Shown: positions 10,023-21,066 of the stretch, piece by piece | Numbering within the stretch: the stretch's first letter is position 1 | Layout: each line of letters opens with the position of its first letter | Assembly: GCA_965209035.1 (NCBI GenBank) | Contig: OZ242372.1 | Coordinates: forward strand, 1,216,001 to 1,280,000 | Origin: Gammaproteobacteria bacterium | GTDB lineage: Bacteria; Pseudomonadota; Gammaproteobacteria; CBDBNL01; JAAOII01 | DNA length: 64,000 nt | Reading direction: 5' to 3' | Notes under the pieces: generated by a model | The model's input: the letters and a program-made list of their open reading frames with translations, nothing else | Databases searched by the model: none | What the model was told of the DNA's origin: nothing | Program-made: the position numbers and the translations under genes

Positions 10023-11240
10023 ATGGGATTATTTGGAAAAAGAGCGAAAGAGAAAGGTCACTCGTCCGCCAATCAGCAGTTGCAAAAACCGAAACGACCT
10101 TGGTTGGTCAGACTTTTGATGGCGCCGTTTTTTATGATTTGGTGGCCCTTTGAGATGCTGCGGCGCAAACTTGGGTTAAATCCCAATTACATGATTGTGA
10201 TCGTGTTGGTGCTTTTGTTCGGCGGTTGGATGCTGAGCGGTATGTTGTTTCGGCAACCGCCGGAGCCGCCCAGCGCGGAAGGACGCACCAATGATCTGGC
10301 AAAGACGGTATTGGTGAGGCGTCCGGTGATTGAAGAAACCGCAAGAGTGGTCCGTATCAGCGGTAAAACCCGGGAAGATCGTAAGGTGGATATCAAAGCC
10401 GAGTTGAGCGGGACTGTGGAAGAGATTCTTGCCGAGGAAGGAGATCGGGTTGAGGAAAATTTTAGTATCATTCGGTTGGAGCAAGACGAAGCGAATGCTC
10501 GCCTGGCAAAAGCCGAAGCACAAGAAAAGAAAGCCCGATTGGAACATCGCAGCCAGGTGAATTTGCGCGCACAGAAGCTGTCTTCCGCGACCGAGGCCGC
10601 CCAGGCGGAGGCCAATTACGAAGACGCGAAGGCGACGGCAACCTTGGCCCGCAAGCAGTTTCAAGCGACGGAGGTGCGTGCTCCGTTTGCCGGGACAGCG
10701 GAGCAAATTTATGTGGAACAGGGCGACTTCGTTCAGCCGGGTCAGTTGCTGGCGAGTGTTTATGATTATTCGCCGATGTTGGTAGTGGGGGCGCTTTCCG
10801 AATTGGAGGTGTCGCTGGTGAAGGTGGGCGCGTTGGCGACAATTCGCCCGGTGAACGGCGACGAACTGACAGGCACAGTGCGGTATGTTTCCTCCCAAGC
10901 GGATGAAAATTCACGCACTTTTGAGGTGAAGGTTGAAGTGAATAATTCCGTGGGTGATGTTCTGGCCGGTTTGACGGCGGAAATTGATTTTAGAGTGGAG
11001 CGGGTTATGGCGGTCAAAATTACGCCGGCCTTGCTGACGATCAATGACGGCGGCAAGGTCGGCGTGAAGGTTGTTCAAGACGGCGAAGACATTGTTCGTT
11101 TTGCGCCGGTGGAAGTGATCAAGGCGGAAACCAATGAGATGTGGGTTGCCGGCATTGCCGAGGGAATGCGGCTGATCACGCGGGGGTTTGGATTTGTGGA
11201 GCCGGGCGATAAGGTTAAGATCACCGAGGAACAGAGTTAA
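10023..11240 (+). CDS. RND efflux periplasmic adaptor (membrane fusion protein)
   Basis: Lipoyl halves around a helical hairpin, VRAPFAG, SRTFEV; upstream of RND permease. Confidence 0.92.
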   Translation: MGLFGKRAKEKGHSSANQQLQKPKRPWLVRLLMAPFFMIWWPFEMLRRKLGLNPNYMIVIVLVLLFGGWMLSGMLFRQPPEPPSAEGRTNDLAKTVLVRRPVIEETARVVRISGKTREDRKVDIKAELSGTVEEILAEEGDRVEENFSIIRLEQDEANARLAKAEAQEKKARLEHRSQVNLRAQKLSSATEAAQAEANYEDAKATATLARKQFQATEVRAPFAGTAEQIYVEQGDFVQPGQLLASVYDYSPMLVVGALSELEVSLVKVGALATIRPVNGDELTGTVRYVSSQADENSRTFEVKVEVNNSVGDVLAGLTAEIDFRVERVMAVKITPALLTINDGGKVGVKVVQDGEDIVRFAPVEVIKAETNEMWVAGIAEGMRLITRGFGFVEPGDKVKITEEQS

Positions 11241-11338
11241 AGAGCTCCCAAAGAACTTCCATAAAACTTCCATAAAACTTCCATAAAACTTCCATAAAAC
11301 TCCCAAAAACTTCCGAAGAACTTCCGAAGCACTTTACA
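11241..11338. repeat. 11-bp tandem repeat (AAAACTTCCAT consensus), about 9 degenerate copies
   Basis: Fills the intergenic space between adaptor and permease. Confidence 0.9.
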
Positions 11339-11355
11339 AAAAGAATAAACAGAAA

Positions 11356-14300
11356 ATGGGCATACTCATAGACGCGGCCCTCAGTTATAAGCGGACGGTT
11401 TTAATGCTACTGTTTCTTGTGATTGTCAGCGGTATCGTTGCTTATGGGGTTATCCCCAAAGAAGAGAGCCCGGATGTGACCTTGCCACAGCTCTATGTGA
11501 GTACAAGTTTGGACGGTATTTCGGCAAAGGATGCGGACAAACTTCTCGCGCATCCGATTGTGAGCGAACTGGAGGGGATAGACGGACTCAACAAGATTGC
11601 AAGCACCGGTGCGGAGGGCTATGCCGCAATTTCCTTGGAATTTGATTCGGATGTGGACATAGACAAAGCCTTGGTGGATGTGCGCGAGCAAGTGGACAGG
11701 GCCAAGGCATCTCTGCCTGATGACGCCCGGGAGCCAACCATTACGGAAATTAATGTTGCGCTGTTTCCTATTTTGGTGATTGCGCTTAGCGGGTCTCTGG
11801 AAGACAGAGTCCTGTTTCAGGTTGCCGAGTCCCTTCAAGACCGATTGGAGACCGTGCCGGGGGTTTTGGAAGCCAAGATAGAGGGGGACAGAGAAGAATT
11901 TGCCGAAGTGATTGTCAATCCGTATGCGTTGGAGGCATACAACTTGAATTTGCAAGAGGTTATTCGTCTTATATCAAGCAATAATCGCTTGGTGGCGGCG
12001 GGTGCGTTGGATACCGGTCAGGGACGGTTTAGTGTGAATGTGCCGGGATTGTTGGAAAGCGAAAGCGATATTCTGAACTTGCCGATTAAGGCGGTGGGTG
12101 ATAAGATCGTCACTTATCGCGATATTGCCGTGGGGCGCAGAGCCTACAAGGACCCGGAGAGTTTTTCGCGCTTTAATGGCAGTCCTACCGTCAGCCTTGA
12201 AATTGTCAAACGAATCGGCGGCAATACCATTAATACGATTGAGTCGGTTAAACGCCTGATAGAAGAATCGCGCGATGAGTTCCCCGAAGGACTTGAAGTG
12301 GCCTATTCGGGTGACGAATCCGTGGGCATTCGCGACAGTTTGAGCAATTTGTTTAATAATGTCTTGTCGGCGGCTCTGCTGGTGATGCTAATGGCCGTTG
12401 TTTTCATTGGATTTCGGAACGCGAGCCTGGTGGGGATTTCCATTCCATGCTCGTTTCTTACCGCCATATTGATTGTCAGTTTGTTGGGATATACGCTGAA
12501 TATTGTTGTTCTTTTTGCCCTGATATTGAGCGTTGGAATGCTGGTGGACGGGGCAATTGTTGTAACGGAAAATGCCGACATGCGGATGCTGCAGGGCGAA
12601 AACAGAAGCACGGCGTATGCCGCCGCCGCCAAACGTATGAGTTGGCCGATTATCACTTCCACCGCCACCACGCTGGCCGCCTTTTTTCCGCTGCTCTTTT
12701 GGCCGGATGTGACCGGTGATTTTATGAAGTACATTCCGATTACTGTGATCATTACCTTGCTTTCGGCATTGGTGATGGCACTGATTGCATTGCCGGTACT
12801 GGGTTCTCTGATCGGCAAGCCAAACGAATATGCGACCAACATCAGAAACATGCTGCAGATGAGTGCCAAGAAGAGATATGCCGAGGTGCGCGGTTTGACA
12901 GGCTATTACTTGCGGGCTGTGGACAAAAGTGTGCACCATCCGAAGAAGACGCTCTTGCTTTTGATAGGCGTTTATGTGACGGTTGTTTTTCTCTACTCGG
13001 TTTGGGGTCGGGGTGTTGAGTTCTTCCCAAATGTGGAGCCGGATATTGGCGTGGTTCAAGTTCGGGCGCGCGGTGATCTGTCTTTGACGGAAAGAGACGA
13101 AATTGTGCGCGAGGTGGAGAAAGAGATTTTAAAGTTTGACGCATTGGAGACGGTTTATACCACTGTGACGGTGGGGGGTGGCGGTGGTCGCGGCGGCAGT
13201 AGCGCGCAAGATGTGATTGGCCGCATCCAGGTGGAGTTTGCGGATTGGCGTTATCGCCCGGCGGCGAGCCTGGTGATGAAGCGGGTGGAGAGATTGAAAG
13301 ACCAGTTTCCGGGTGTGGAAATCCGCACCCGGGTAGAGCAAGCGGGCCCGCCGAGCGACGCGGACATAGAAATAGAATTATTTTCGGACTACAAAAGTGT
13401 TCTGGACGAGGCAAGCGATCAGGTCGCCGAGTATGTGCGCACCAATTTGGAAGGGATTAAGAGTGTTCGGACAACAAAGCCCTTGCCAAGTATCGCATGG
13501 TCGGTGGATGTGGATCGCGAAAAGGCGAGCCGTTTTAATGTGGATATTGCCACACTCGGCTCTTTTGTGCAGATGGTCACAAACGGCATCACACTTTCCG
13601 ATTATCTGCCGGAGGGTGCCGAAGACGAACTGGATATAAAACTGCGCTTTCCGGTAGAGGAGCGTAACATCGATCGCTTGCAGCGGATGCGTATATCCGC
13701 GGGGGGCGAACAGATCCCGGCAAGCAATTTTATTGAGCGCAAGCCCACACAGCGAGAGAACGAGGTTACGCGTATTAATGGGAACTATGCTTATGATCTT
13801 CAAATTGATCTTCTTGACGGTTATCGTCCGGATCAGGTATTGCCGATTTTGGCGGCGATTCTTGACAGTGACGAGGTTCCGTCTCAATTGCATTGGAAAT
13901 ACCGCGGCACTCAGGAGATGCAAGATAAGGCGGCGTCATTTTTGATGCGCGCTTTTGGTGTGGCGTTTTTTATGATGCTGGTCATTATGGTGACGCAGTT
14001 TAATTCGTTTCGGCAGGCGCTTTTAATTTTGAGCGCTATTTTCTTTTCCACGGGCGGTGTTTTCCTGGGATTGTTGATCCGCGGTGAACCGTTTAGTATT
14101 GTGATGAGCGGCGTGGGGATTATCGCTTTGGCGGGAATTGTGGTGAATAACAATATCATTTTGATAGATACTTTTAATCGGCTGCGTGCCCGGGGAGAGC
14201 CGGCCCGGCATGCGGTGTTGCAGACCTGTGCCGAGAGGTTTCGCCCGGTCATTCTGACGACTGTGACGACGGTTGTGGGCTTGATGCCGATGGTGATGCA

Positions 14301-14520
14301 GTTAAATTTGGATTTTATCATACGGGACATTACTGTCGGTGCGCCCAGCAGTCAGTGGTGGGTGCAATTGTCTACGGCAATTGCCGGCGGCCTGGCATTT
14401 TCCACCGTCATTACCCTGTTTTTTACGCCGGCTATGTTGTATTCCATGGGCCGCCGACAGGATATAAAACAAGGCATCCGAGAAGTTATCACAGCCAAGT
14501 CTGCGCTGGATACGGGGTAA
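11356..14520 (+). CDS. RND efflux permease (AcrB family)
   Basis: 1054 aa; GMLVDGAIVVTEN, GIVVNNNIILID, RFRPVILT. Confidence 0.96.
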   Translation: MGILIDAALSYKRTVLMLLFLVIVSGIVAYGVIPKEESPDVTLPQLYVSTSLDGISAKDADKLLAHPIVSELEGIDGLNKIASTGAEGYAAISLEFDSDVDIDKALVDVREQVDRAKASLPDDAREPTITEINVALFPILVIALSGSLEDRVLFQVAESLQDRLETVPGVLEAKIEGDREEFAEVIVNPYALEAYNLNLQEVIRLISSNNRLVAAGALDTGQGRFSVNVPGLLESESDILNLPIKAVGDKIVTYRDIAVGRRAYKDPESFSRFNGSPTVSLEIVKRIGGNTINTIESVKRLIEESRDEFPEGLEVAYSGDESVGIRDSLSNLFNNVLSAALLVMLMAVVFIGFRNASLVGISIPCSFLTAILIVSLLGYTLNIVVLFALILSVGMLVDGAIVVTENADMRMLQGENRSTAYAAAAKRMSWPIITSTATTLAAFFPLLFWPDVTGDFMKYIPITVIITLLSALVMALIALPVLGSLIGKPNEYATNIRNMLQMSAKKRYAEVRGLTGYYLRAVDKSVHHPKKTLLLLIGVYVTVVFLYSVWGRGVEFFPNVEPDIGVVQVRARGDLSLTERDEIVREVEKEILKFDALETVYTTVTVGGGGGRGGSSAQDVIGRIQVEFADWRYRPAASLVMKRVERLKDQFPGVEIRTRVEQAGPPSDADIEIELFSDYKSVLDEASDQVAEYVRTNLEGIKSVRTTKPLPSIAWSVDVDREKASRFNVDIATLGSFVQMVTNGITLSDYLPEGAEDELDIKLRFPVEERNIDRLQRMRISAGGEQIPASNFIERKPTQRENEVTRINGNYAYDLQIDLLDGYRPDQVLPILAAILDSDEVPSQLHWKYRGTQEMQDKAASFLMRAFGVAFFMMLVIMVTQFNSFRQALLILSAIFFSTGGVFLGLLIRGEPFSIVMSGVGIIALAGIVVNNNIILIDTFNRLRARGEPARHAVLQTCAERFRPVILTTVTTVVGLMPMVMQLNLDFIIRDITVGAPSSQWWVQLSTAIAGGLAFSTVITLFFTPAMLYSMGRRQDIKQGIREVITAKSALDTG

Positions 14521-14680
14521 GCGTAAAAGCGTAAACGGGTTTCCCGCCCGCCAGAATTTTGTGTCCGGTTTTCGGTGTTTTTCGGTTGGATACTCGGGTG
14601 TGTTCTTGCATCTCTTTAATGCTTAATCTTAACTCTTAAAAGAATCTTTAAATTCCTGATACCTTTTAAAGGATACTTTC

Positions 14681-15739
14681 GTGTTGGCTCTTTCTTTTGC
14701 GGTTGCTCTGCCAGTCGGGCTTTTGCTGTGTTTGTTTTTGTGGAAGATAAGATTGCCGTCCCGATTTCTTGATGCGGATATCACTTCCGTTCAAAAGGTG
14801 CATTCGGATCCTAAAGTGGCACGGGTCGGCGGGATTGCGGTCTGTTCCGGTTTGGTGGTCGGGGCATTGTTTTACCCGGAATTGCGCGCCGCCGTTTTGA
14901 TTTCTTTGCCTATTCTTGTTTTGGGACTTTCGGAAGATGTTACCAAAAGTCTGGGACCTGCGGTTCGGCTTCTTGTCTCTTTTGTTGTCGCGACTGTCGC
15001 CTGTTTTGTGTTGGATACCGGGTTCTATCACAGCGGCTGGGATGACTTGGATACCTCCGTTCTTTACGCACGTTGGGCTGCCTATCCGATAGCGATTTTT
15101 ATGACGGCGGGGGTGATTCATGCGATGAACATCATAGATGGTTATAACGGGTTGATGCTCGGTTGTGCGGCCATGGTGGCGGCTGCTCTTCTTTTGCCGG
15201 CGTTGCTGTTTGAAGACACGCAATTGATCCTTCTTTTAAGTTTTCTTTTAATCGGTATCCTTGTCCTATTTGTGTTTAATTATCCGCGCGGACTCATTTT
15301 TGCCGGAGACGGTGGCGCTTATTTCATCGGTTTTTTCCTTGCGCTGGCTTCTTTGTTACTTGTCAATCGTCATACGGCGGTTTCGCCTTGGTTTCCTCTG
15401 TTGTTGTTGTCTTATCCGGTTTGGGAAACGCTGTTTTCTGTCTGGCGGCGGGTGTTTGTTTATGGCACATCACCGGGGAAGCCGGATCATTTGCATATTC
15501 ATTCTTTGACGGATCTGTTTCTTGCCAAACACTTGCCGGCCAAATACGCTGCCGTATCCCGGATCTTGGTGGCTCCCTGTATGTGGTTACTTGCTTTGTT
15601 CGGGATCATCCCGGCTTTGCTTTTTTGGCGCGATACCCCCGTGTTGATTGGGTTTGCGGTCTTCTTTGTTGTTTTGTATCAGTTGTTGTACCAAATCTTG
15701 TTTCAAAGGACAAGAAGGATTCGGGCGGGACGCGGGTGA
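14681..15739 (+). CDS. Glycosyltransferase family 4 (WecA/MraY-like undecaprenyl-phosphate sugar-phosphate transferase)
   Basis: RVGGIA, NIIDGYNGL, IFAGDGGAY, PDHLHIH; multi-TM. Confidence 0.9.
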   Translation: MLALSFAVALPVGLLLCLFLWKIRLPSRFLDADITSVQKVHSDPKVARVGGIAVCSGLVVGALFYPELRAAVLISLPILVLGLSEDVTKSLGPAVRLLVSFVVATVACFVLDTGFYHSGWDDLDTSVLYARWAAYPIAIFMTAGVIHAMNIIDGYNGLMLGCAAMVAAALLLPALLFEDTQLILLLSFLLIGILVLFVFNYPRGLIFAGDGGAYFIGFFLALASLLLVNRHTAVSPWFPLLLLSYPVWETLFSVWRRVFVYGTSPGKPDHLHIHSLTDLFLAKHLPAKYAAVSRILVAPCMWLLALFGIIPALLFWRDTPVLIGFAVFFVVLYQLLYQILFQRTRRIRAGRG

Positions 15740-15882
15740 CAGGCACGCCGCCCCTTGGTCTATTTTTGGCCGGTTGCATTATTCAACCGCCGGCAGGCCG
15801 GCAAGTTTTTTGTGCAAAAATTTCCGCCGAAATTTATCCGGATCGGTATGTGACGATGCGTTTGTGATACAATAAGAGCAAT

Positions 15883-17040
15883 ATGAAAAAATTCTTTTTG
15901 CTTTTTTTGCCGAGTATTGCTATGTTTTTCAGTGGGCTGTTGGTTGCCGCCGTGCCTTACAACTTGCCGCGCGGTGTTACGAATATCAGTCAAGAGGTTT
16001 ATTGGCTGCATATGTTCGCTTTTTGGGTGTGTGTCGGTATCGGCGTGGTGGTATTCGGCGTCATGCTTTGGTCTGTTTACTTTCATCGCAAATCCCGCAA
16101 TTACAAGCCCGCCACTTTTTACCATTCCACTAAACTGGAAATTGTCTGGACCGTTATCCCGATTATCATTTTGATTGTTCTGGCAGTTCCCGGGACAAGA
16201 GTGTTGATCGATATGCATGAAATCGGTGATGCCGAGTTGGATGTTAAGATCACCGGTTATCAGTGGAAATGGCATTACGAATATATGGGCGAACAGGTGG
16301 ACTATTTTAGTAATTTGCGCACATCGCGCGATGCCATTAATAACAAGGAGCCAAAATCGGAAACCTACCTGTTGGAGGTGGATGAGCCGTTGGTGTTGCC
16401 CGTGAATACGCGAGTGCGTTTTCTGGTGACAGCCGCGGATGTGTTGCATGCTTGGTGGGTGCCGGAACTGAGTGTCAAAAAGGATGCTGTCCCGGGCTTT
16501 ATTAACGAGGCATGGACGGAAATCAACGAAGAGGGAACCTATCGGGGTCAATGTGCGGAATTATGCGGGGCGGATCACGCCTTTATGCCGATTGTTGTCC
16601 GGGCGGTGGATAAGGACACTTTTGCCGGCTGGCTTGCGGAACGTAAGGAAGCCTCCGCACAGGAAGAAGTACTTGCCGCCAAGACGGATTGGACCAAGGA
16701 AGAGCTCATCGCGCGCGGCGAACAGGTTTATGCAATTAACTGTGCATCCTGTCATCAGGTGAGCGGAAAAGGCATTCCGCCGACATTCCCCGCTTTGGTT
16801 GGCAGTGCGGCGGTACTGGGACCCGTCGCGGCACAGATTGATGTGATCCTCAATGGTCGTCAGGGAACCGCCATGGCATCTTTTGGTCGTATTTTAAATG
16901 ACAATGATCTTGCCGCCGTGATTACATACACGCGTAATGCTTGGGGGCATAAGGCGAGTCCGGATTTGGTGACACCCGATGCAGTCCGGGCACAAAGAAC
17001 CGGGGGAACCGGGGGAACCGGGGGATCCGGCGGGCAATAA
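15883..17040 (+). CDS. coxB: Cytochrome c oxidase subunit II with C-terminal cytochrome c domain
   Basis: CuA ligands DVLH and CAELCGADHAFM; CASCH heme motif. Confidence 0.96.
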   Translation: MKKFFLLFLPSIAMFFSGLLVAAVPYNLPRGVTNISQEVYWLHMFAFWVCVGIGVVVFGVMLWSVYFHRKSRNYKPATFYHSTKLEIVWTVIPIIILIVLAVPGTRVLIDMHEIGDAELDVKITGYQWKWHYEYMGEQVDYFSNLRTSRDAINNKEPKSETYLLEVDEPLVLPVNTRVRFLVTAADVLHAWWVPELSVKKDAVPGFINEAWTEINEEGTYRGQCAELCGADHAFMPIVVRAVDKDTFAGWLAERKEASAQEEVLAAKTDWTKEELIARGEQVYAINCASCHQVSGKGIPPTFPALVGSAAVLGPVAAQIDVILNGRQGTAMASFGRILNDNDLAAVITYTRNAWGHKASPDLVTPDAVRAQRTGGTGGTGGSGGQ

Positions 17041-17083
17041 AAAGTACAGTTTTTTATTTAAGTTAATTAAAAGAGGTATCACT

Positions 17084-18682
17084 ATGCAAGATATTGCTCA
17101 AACAAAAATTGAGACAGGGCATTCGGCTGCGGAACATCACGGGGCACCGCCCGGTTTGTTGCGTTGGCTGTATACAACCAATCACAAGGATATCGGCACC
17201 CTGTATTTGTTGTTCAGCCTTTTTATGTTATTCGTCGGCGGCGGAATGGCGTTGCTGATCAGACTGGAGTTATTTCAGCCCGGATTGCAAATCATGCTGC
17301 CGGAATTTTACAACCAGTTGGTAACCATGCACGGACTGATCATGGTCTTTTTGGTGATTATGCCCGCCTTTGTCGGGCTCGCCAACTGGATGATCCCGAT
17401 GATGATCGGAGCGCCGGATATGGCATTGCCAAGACTGAATAACTGGAGTTTTTGGCTGCTGGTTGCGGGCGGTGTGATGTTGAGCGGGACCTTTTTTGTT
17501 GAGGGAGGAGCGCCTTCCACCGGCTGGACCCTGTATGCGCCGCTCTCGACCGAGTATGCCAAGCCGAGCATGACATTTTTAATTTTTGGTGTGCATCTTC
17601 TTGGGATGTCTTCCATTATGGGGGCGTTGAATATTATTGCGACCATCCTCAATTTGCGCGCACCCGGCATGACTTATATGAAGATGCCGCTGTTTGTGTG
17701 GACCTGGTTCATTACCGCATATTTGTTGTTGGCGGTGATGCCTGTTCTTGCCGGGACAGTGACGATGATGTTGACAGACATTCATTTTGGCACCAGTTTT
17801 TTTAATGCAAAAGGCGGCGGTGACCCGTTACTCTTTCAGCATCTGTTTTGGTTTTTTGGTCATCCGGAAGTGTATATCATGATTTTGCCTTCTTTCGGTA
17901 TTATTTCTATGGTCATTCCGACTTTCAGCCGCAAGAAACTGTTCGGTTATACATCCATGGTGGTGGCAACCGCCGTGATTGCTTTTTTGTCTATGATTGT
18001 CTGGGCGCATCATATGTTTACCGTGGGTATGCCTTTGGTTGGCGATATCTTTTTCATGATAGGGACTATGGTGATTGCGGTGCCGACCGGGGTTAAGGTG
18101 TTTAATTGGACCGCAACCATGTATCGCGGGGCGATGACTTTTGAGACACCGATGTTATTTGCTATTTCATTTGTCATCCTTTTTACAATCGGCGGATTTT
18201 CCGGTGTCATGATGGCATTGGCGGCGGTGGACATTCAGTATCAGGATACTTATTTTATTGTCGCTCACTTTCATTATGTTCTGGTGCCGGGGTCGCTCTT
18301 TGCCATTTTTGCCGGGGTGTATTATTGGTTGCCCAAGTGGACGGGTAGAATGTATAACGAGACGCTGGCTAAGATTCATTTTTGGCTGTCTTTTATTGCG
18401 GTGAATGTGACATTTTTTCCGATGCATTTTGTCGGGCTGGCGGGGATGCCGCGCCGCATCCCGGACTATGCGTTGCAGTTTACGGACTTTAATGCGATCG
18501 CCACGGTCGGTTCTTTTGGCTTCGGTCTGAGCCAGTTGCTTTTTGCTTATATTGTTTTGCGGGCAATTTTTGCCGGCAAAAAGGCAACCACGCAAGTTTG
18601 GGAAGGCACGGAAGGATTGGAATGGACTGTTCCTTCTCCCGCACCCTATCATACTTTTAGCAGGCCGCCGCGCGTTGATTAG
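17084..18682 (+). CDS. coxA: Cytochrome c oxidase subunit I
   Basis: TTNHKDIGTLY, GHPEVY, WAHH, AHFHYV; SD AGAGG before ATG at 17084. Confidence 0.98.
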   Translation: MQDIAQTKIETGHSAAEHHGAPPGLLRWLYTTNHKDIGTLYLLFSLFMLFVGGGMALLIRLELFQPGLQIMLPEFYNQLVTMHGLIMVFLVIMPAFVGLANWMIPMMIGAPDMALPRLNNWSFWLLVAGGVMLSGTFFVEGGAPSTGWTLYAPLSTEYAKPSMTFLIFGVHLLGMSSIMGALNIIATILNLRAPGMTYMKMPLFVWTWFITAYLLLAVMPVLAGTVTMMLTDIHFGTSFFNAKGGGDPLLFQHLFWFFGHPEVYIMILPSFGIISMVIPTFSRKKLFGYTSMVVATAVIAFLSMIVWAHHMFTVGMPLVGDIFFMIGTMVIAVPTGVKVFNWTATMYRGAMTFETPMLFAISFVILFTIGGFSGVMMALAAVDIQYQDTYFIVAHFHYVLVPGSLFAIFAGVYYWLPKWTGRMYNETLAKIHFWLSFIAVNVTFFPMHFVGLAGMPRRIPDYALQFTDFNAIATVGSFGFGLSQLLFAYIVLRAIFAGKKATTQVWEGTEGLEWTVPSPAPYHTFSRPPRVD

Positions 18683-18719
18683 GTTGTCGCCGGCTGCTCC
18701 AATATTTGACACCGAATAA

Positions 18720-19406
18720 ATGGCGATGAGAACCCCCCATCAAAGTTCCAATAAAAAGGCAGTCGGCAGAACCATGCTGCGCAACCTGTTACTGGTTTTT
18801 TGCATGTTTGGCTTTGCTTTTGCTTTGGTGCCGTTGTATCGAGTGTTTTGTGATATTACCGGTCTTAACGGACGCAATACCAACCTGGAACGGGCAACTG
18901 TTACGGATAACGTCGATGAGATAGAAGCGGACTTGACACGCCTGGTGCGGGTGCAGTTTGATGCCACGAACAATATCGGTATGCCATGGGAATTTGAACC
19001 CAATGCCGAAGAATTGCAATTGCATCCCGGCAAACTTTACACGGCATATTATCATGCCCACAATCCGACAGAGTTGCCGATGATTGCACAGATGGTGCCG
19101 AGCGTCAGTCCGGGACGAGCCGCCTCCTATTTGCGCAAAACCGAATGCTTTTGTTTTGAAGAGCAGCTGTTGCAGCCGGGTGAATCCGTCGCGATGCCGG
19201 TTCGCTTTTATGTGCACAGGGCATTGCCTGCGGATGTGACTACCTTGACTCTTTCTTATACGATTTTCGATGTTACCCCCGATGGGGATCAGTCGGCATT
19301 GACGGCTTATAGTGTTGCGAAGAAAGAGCAACTATATAAAGATAAAGACGCAAAGAATCGCACAGTGCATATTCACGATGACGGCAGCGAGCATTTTCAT
19401 GATTAA
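18720..19406 (+). CDS. ctaG: Cytochrome c oxidase assembly protein CtaG/Cox11
   Basis: VPLYRVFCDITG and ECFCF motifs. Confidence 0.95.
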   Translation: MAMRTPHQSSNKKAVGRTMLRNLLLVFCMFGFAFALVPLYRVFCDITGLNGRNTNLERATVTDNVDEIEADLTRLVRVQFDATNNIGMPWEFEPNAEELQLHPGKLYTAYYHAHNPTELPMIAQMVPSVSPGRAASYLRKTECFCFEEQLLQPGESVAMPVRFYVHRALPADVTTLTLSYTIFDVTPDGDQSALTAYSVAKKEQLYKDKDAKNRTVHIHDDGSEHFHD

Positions 19407-19484
19407 GTATTTTTTATTATTTTTGAACCGGGCAGTTCGTCGCGACTTTTTACCGGGTTTTTCATTCCTCAAATAAATTTTATT

Positions 19485-20372
19485 ATGGCAAATCAATCTT
19501 ATTACTATGTCCCGGCGAATAGCAAACTTCCGCTATTGGGAGCCATCGCAATGTTCATTTTGTTGCTCGGTTCCGGAATGTTTCTCAATGCGCTGCGCAC
19601 CGATTCGGCGGCGGCAGTGCTCACTTTTTTGCCGGCGGTTGGCTTCCTGTTTTTGATGGGTGTGGTCTTTTACTGGTTTCGGGTTGTCGTATGGGAGAGT
19701 CGTCGTGGCATGCATGAAGGCAAGTTGGACCTTTCTTACAGATGGGGTATGATGTGGTTTATCTTTACCGAAGTGATGTTTTTTGTCGCGTTTTTCGGCG
19801 TGCTTTTTTATGCCAGATTTTTGGCGGTGCCTTGGTTATCCGGCGAAGGAGACAAGGCGGCCACGGTTCTTTTGTGGCCCGACTTTATCGGCACCTGGCC
19901 GCTGTTTGAGAACCCGGATCCGACTGCGTTTTCCGGACCGAGCAATATTATTAATCCGTTACATGTCCCGTTGTTGAATACGATTCTTTTGGTGAGTTCC
20001 AGTTTTACGGTGACCTGGGCGCACCATGCTCTTAAAGAGGACAAGCGTCAGGCCTTAATTGCCTGGTTGGTATTTACGATCTTTTTGGGAATTTTGTTTT
20101 TGTATTTTCAAGCGGCGGAATATGTTGAGGCCTACACGGAATTGAACTTGCGTCTGGACAGCGGAATTTACGGATCTACTTTCTTTATGCTAACCGGGTT
20201 TCACGGCGCGCATGTGACCCTTGGCACCATTATGCTGATTGTCATCTTGTGCCGTATTTTGGCGGGTCATTTCACGCCGCGCAAACACTTTGGTTTTGAG
20301 GCCGTTTCCTGGTATTGGCATTTTGTGGATGTTGTCTGGATTGGTTTGTTTTTGTTTGTTTATATCCTGTAG
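19485..20372 (+). CDS. coxC: Cytochrome c oxidase subunit III
   Basis: FIFTEVMFF, TGFHGAHV, WYWHFVDVVW. Confidence 0.96.
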   Translation: MANQSYYYVPANSKLPLLGAIAMFILLLGSGMFLNALRTDSAAAVLTFLPAVGFLFLMGVVFYWFRVVVWESRRGMHEGKLDLSYRWGMMWFIFTEVMFFVAFFGVLFYARFLAVPWLSGEGDKAATVLLWPDFIGTWPLFENPDPTAFSGPSNIINPLHVPLLNTILLVSSSFTVTWAHHALKEDKRQALIAWLVFTIFLGILFLYFQAAEYVEAYTELNLRLDSGIYGSTFFMLTGFHGAHVTLGTIMLIVILCRILAGHFTPRKHFGFEAVSWYWHFVDVVWIGLFLFVYIL

Positions 20373-20682
20373 TCGCCGGCTTCTTTTCCTTTTATAAAGC
20401 CTTTCCGCCGGCTACTTGGCTTACTTGGAAGGAGAGTTGTTTTCTTTTTCACCCTTCGCCCTTAGAGAAAAATAATTCGATTAACCCGAAACAGACGCGT
20501 TTCAAAATATCAAGTATTTCCCCCTTTTTTAGAATGATACGCAGACCATACAGTTTTCTTGTGTATAAAATCCATAATGCCTTTCTTTTGTCAAATGCTT
20601 AAGAAGGCGGATAAGACATAAGAGGCGTTGAGTGTTGCCCGTGTGGCGGGGCGAAACTTACTATTTATTTAAAAATTTTTGA

Positions 20683-20892
20683 TCAAAAAGAAGGAGGGAT
20701 GAGGGACAATTGATTACTGTAATAGCCGTAAAGGATGAGTGCAATTAATAGAGCCGAAAATGCTACTCGGATAAAGAGGGCATAAACCATGCGTTTTTTT
20801 CCGCTTTTATCTTTTATCAGAAAAAAGAAACCGCTCGCCAAGGAAACAACAACCGCAATAAAACAGAGGATCAAAAGTATTTTGAATAACAC
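20683..20892 (-). CDS. Twin-transmembrane small protein (DUF2909-like)
   Basis: About 69 aa with SLASGFFFLIKD...RMVYALFIRV, at its usual position between coxC and SURF1; GTG start inferred. Confidence 0.8.
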   Translation of the reverse strand: MLFKILLILCFIAVVVSLASGFFFLIKDKSGKKRMVYALFIRVAFSALLIALILYGYYSNQLSLIPPSF

Positions 20893-21066
20893 GCAAATTA
20901 TTATAGGCAAGTATATGCCGGGCATACATACCTGTATAGAAAGTCGGCATAAACAGATCCTTTGCGTTGAAGCGAGTATGAAAGGATTGTTGTTCGGCGG
21001 CGGAAACCTTGCGGTAACAACAAACGGCTTTTGTGTTTGTGCTCGGGATATACCGGCCGCGATAAT